Source of the DNA: a virus
Direction: 5' to 3' (one strand)
Length of the DNA stretch: 27,378 bases
IMG/VR virus record: IMGVR_UViG_3300037722_000380
Coordinates: 1-27,378 of that record
Positions within the stretch are counted from its first letter, which is position 1. Each line of letters begins with the position of its first letter. This document shows, piece by piece, positions 24,781 through 27,378 of the stretch. Made by a program: the position numbers and the translations under genes. The notes below the pieces were generated by a model. The model saw only the letters and a program-made list of their open reading frames with translations. It did not search any database and was not told where the DNA came from.

Positions 24781-25214
24781 TGCCAATTCCGACAGTTAAT
24801 GAAGCTCGGGATGAAATCTTAGACCACTTCACGGCTCTGTGGAATGCTCAAACGCCCCCTGTTCCGGCGCTTCTGTATGACGATAAGGTCAAGGGTGTTC
24901 CGGAGGATGCCCCCTTTGTCCGGATTACTATTCGGCACACCCCCGCTGGCGGGCAGGTATCAGTAGGGGGAGAGGTAGGAAACAGGCGGTTTCGGCGGTT
25001 TGGGGTGATTACAGTCCAGATTTTCACGATTACCGGAGGCGGCTTGTCAGACGCCGATTCTTTTGCTACTATTGCTAGGGATGCTTTTGAAGGTCAGAGT
25101 ACCGGACCGGACCGCATATATTTTCGCAACGTGAATGTTGTCGAGATTGGCGAGAGCGGGGTTTGGTTTCAGACGAATGTCGTGGTAGATTTCGATTACG
25201 ATTCGGTGAAGTAA
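24780..25214 (+). CDS. tail terminator (DUF4128-like)
   Basis: G.I.VQIF...G.G, WFQ.NV..DF.YD motifs; before tail tube. Confidence 0.82.
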   Translation: MPIPTVNEARDEILDHFTALWNAQTPPVPALLYDDKVKGVPEDAPFVRITIRHTPAGGQVSVGGEVGNRRFRRFGVITVQIFTITGGGLSDADSFATIARDAFEGQSTGPDRIYFRNVNVVEIGESGVWFQTNVVVDFDYDSVK

Positions 25215-25227
25215 GGAGCCCATCGCT

Positions 25228-27126
25228 ATGGTCCAGGTCAACAAGATTGACAGTAACAACACCGGCCTTCGGTACGCAGAGGAAGACACTCTCGGCGTCC
25301 TTCCGGGGTCTCCGGTTTGGCACGCTCTTGAGCCGAACAGCTACGATTCCTTCGGCGGCGAGATCACTACGGTTGCCCGGAACCCGATTAACGCCGGTCG
25401 CCAGCGCCAAAAGGGTGTGGTGGTTGACTTGGATGCGTCTGGTGGGCTTAACTCCGATCTGACCCAGGATAATCTTCAGGATATTCTTCAGGGCTTCATG
25501 TTTGCCGATCTTCGCCGGAAGGGTGAGGAAGTTGCTACGGATGTTGAAACTGGCGCTGAAGGAGTATATGGTCTTGCGGAGACTGAGGGCTTTTATGTCA
25601 GCAGCCTTGTATTCGCTAACGGCTTCACCAACATTGCAAACAACGGGTTGAAACTCGTTGAAGTCGTTACTCCGGATACCAGCATCACTGTTAGCGATGG
25701 TGCGCTAGTTGACGAGACTCCGCCAGCGGATAACCTACTTGTGGTTGCGGGTCATCAATTTAATGCGGGCGAACTCGATGTAGACAGCGCAGGCGTTTTG
25801 CCGCAGCTATTGAGCACAGTGGTTGCTGCAACCGGAACACTCGATACCAACGATGCAGAGGCAGACGACATCACCGACGAAACATCTGTAACCATCGACG
25901 GAGTTGTATATACTTTTGAAACAACTATCGCCGTGGCAAATGATATCCTTATCGGAGCAAGCGATGCAGAGGCGTTGGAAAACCTTCAGCACGCTATTAA
26001 CGGTACGGGTACGCCGGGCACAGAGTATTTCGTAGGCACAACCTCGCCGCACACGACCGTCGAAGCAACTAATTTGACCGGCGAAGTGTTGACATTTACT
26101 GCACGGGTTCCGGGCGCTGTCGGTAACCTCATTACGTTAGCTACCGATATTCCTAACTCAACTATCGACGCGACCTTGGCCGGTGGTGCGGGCATGGCCT
26201 TCACCACGCTTGGTTTGATTCCCGGCGAGTGGATTTTCATCGGCGGAGACAGCGCAAGTCTCGCATTCGCTACTCCGGCGAATAACGGGTTTGCCCGCGT
26301 CAAGTCTGTTGAACACGACATTCTAACCCTGGACAAGACCCAGGATACGATGGTCACTGAACCTAGCACAACCGAAACTGTGCAGCTATTCTTCGGTCGT
26401 GTTCTAAAGAATGAAGCTGAACCGACTCTTCAGGTTCGGCGCTCATACAATCTTGAGCGGCTTCTTGGCGCTCCGGATGACGCGGAAATCGACGCGCTTC
26501 AGTCCGAGTATCTAGTTGGTGCCGTGTCTAACGAGTTGACGTTCAATTTCAACACGGCGGACAAGATTACGGTGGATTTGAGTTTCGTCGCTACTGATAA
26601 CGAGCAACGCACGGCTGCACAGGGTCCGAAAGCGGGAGACCGCCCTGCCCTTGTATCGGGTGATGCGTTCAACACGTCAAACGACTTTGCTCGGTTGAAG
26701 ATGTCGGTTCTAGACCCGGCGGATTCGAATCCGCTTCCGCTCTTTGCGTTTTTGACTGAATTCACGGTTGCGATTAACAACAACGTGAGCCCGAACAAGG
26801 CCATCTCGGTTCTCGGTGCATTTGATGTAACGGCAGGCCAGTTTAACGTTGAGGGTACGGCGACGGCTTACTTCGCTAACGTTTCTGCTGTGCAAGCCGT
26901 GCGCAACAATGCCGACGTAACTCTGGACTTCATCTTGGTCAAGGCAAATAAGGGTATCGCGGTGGACGTGCCGCTTATCGCTCTCGGCGATGGTCGTTTG
27001 AACATCGAACAGGACCAACCGATCACATTACCGCTCTCTATGCCTGCGGCGGCAGACCGTGTGTTCAATCACACACTGTTGATGGTGTTCTATGATTACC
27101 TTCCGGATGCGGCTGACGTATCGTAA
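25228..27126 (+). CDS. major tail tube protein with inserted accessory domain(s)
   Basis: KIDSN.TGLRYAEE...LEPNSY..FGG......RNPIN..RQR.KG and G.F.V.G..TAYF motifs typical of YuA-like tail tubes. Confidence 0.9.
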   Translation: MVQVNKIDSNNTGLRYAEEDTLGVLPGSPVWHALEPNSYDSFGGEITTVARNPINAGRQRQKGVVVDLDASGGLNSDLTQDNLQDILQGFMFADLRRKGEEVATDVETGAEGVYGLAETEGFYVSSLVFANGFTNIANNGLKLVEVVTPDTSITVSDGALVDETPPADNLLVVAGHQFNAGELDVDSAGVLPQLLSTVVAATGTLDTNDAEADDITDETSVTIDGVVYTFETTIAVANDILIGASDAEALENLQHAINGTGTPGTEYFVGTTSPHTTVEATNLTGEVLTFTARVPGAVGNLITLATDIPNSTIDATLAGGAGMAFTTLGLIPGEWIFIGGDSASLAFATPANNGFARVKSVEHDILTLDKTQDTMVTEPSTTETVQLFFGRVLKNEAEPTLQVRRSYNLERLLGAPDDAEIDALQSEYLVGAVSNELTFNFNTADKITVDLSFVATDNEQRTAAQGPKAGDRPALVSGDAFNTSNDFARLKMSVLDPADSNPLPLFAFLTEFTVAINNNVSPNKAISVLGAFDVTAGQFNVEGTATAYFANVSAVQAVRNNADVTLDFILVKANKGIAVDVPLIALGDGRLNIEQDQPITLPLSMPAAADRVFNHTLLMVFYDYLPDAADVS

Positions 27127-27228
27127 CGGCGGCGGACCTTCAGGATGTATTGAAGGTTGGCGCGATTAATCCCGCCGGGACGGAGCGGGTTTCTTCCGTC
27201 CACAATCCCCTAAAAATAGGAGACGATG

Positions 27229-27378
27229 ATGGCTGAGTCGCTATATGACTTGTTCGGTACGGACAAGGAGTTGGAGAAGGACGGAATTGTTCTAAACTAC
27301 GGCAAGGGTGGTAAAATCAAAATCGCTCGCGCTGGCGGTGCAAATTCTAGGTTCGCCAAGGCCCTGGAAACTAAGATG
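27229..27378 (+). CDS. tail assembly chaperone (5' part; runs off window)
   Basis: AGGAG RBS; SLYDLFGTDKELEKDG...IARAGGAN; follows tail tube. Confidence 0.75.
   Translation, partial: MAESLYDLFGTDKELEKDGIVLNYGKGGKIKIARAGGANSRFAKALETKM

Noticed and set aside
1-27378. Stop-codon recoding, introns/inteins, integrase or IS elements
   Set aside because: Core genes are uninterrupted in the standard code, all three stops terminate genes, no suppressor anticodon, no recombinase or transposase motifs seen

Overview
This window is part of a tailed dsDNA phage genome (long non-contractile tail type) whose head and tail genes resemble the YuA/M6/phiJL001-like siphoviruses; that assignment is from motif recognition, no search was run. 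Layout: (1) 1-1650, a leftward array of very small genes, nearly all with a GGAGTC ribosome-binding site, in a GANTC-rich segment. (2) ~1700-3290, a 1.6-kb non-coding hub with IHF-like sites, iterated repeats and a very AT-rich block dense in CtrA-type TTAA-N7-TTAA/TTAACCAT motifs, suggesting an alphaproteobacterial host. (3) 3303-11268, a rightward run of ~25 tightly coupled small accessory genes including MazG-like, Ea22-like and NADAR proteins. (4) 11335-13072, a three-gene virion appendage module (SPRY-like and BppU-like). (5) ~13075-13850, a leftward non-coding operon where tRNA-Gly(GCC), tRNA-Gly(TCC) and tRNA-Cys(GCA) alternate with structured spacer RNAs, driven from a palindromic bidirectional promoter. 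(6) 13952-27378, the morphogenesis module: Zn-ribbon gene, TerL, portal, displaced TerS plus an HTH paralog, scaffold, major capsid, head-tail connectors, tail tube and the start of a tail chaperone. The best candidates for new biology are the tRNA-interleaved structured-RNA operon, the CtrA/GANTC cell-cycle-like hub, a recurrent G(U/G)GAU-pentaloop hairpin in late-gene leaders, and an overprinted basic protein in the head module.
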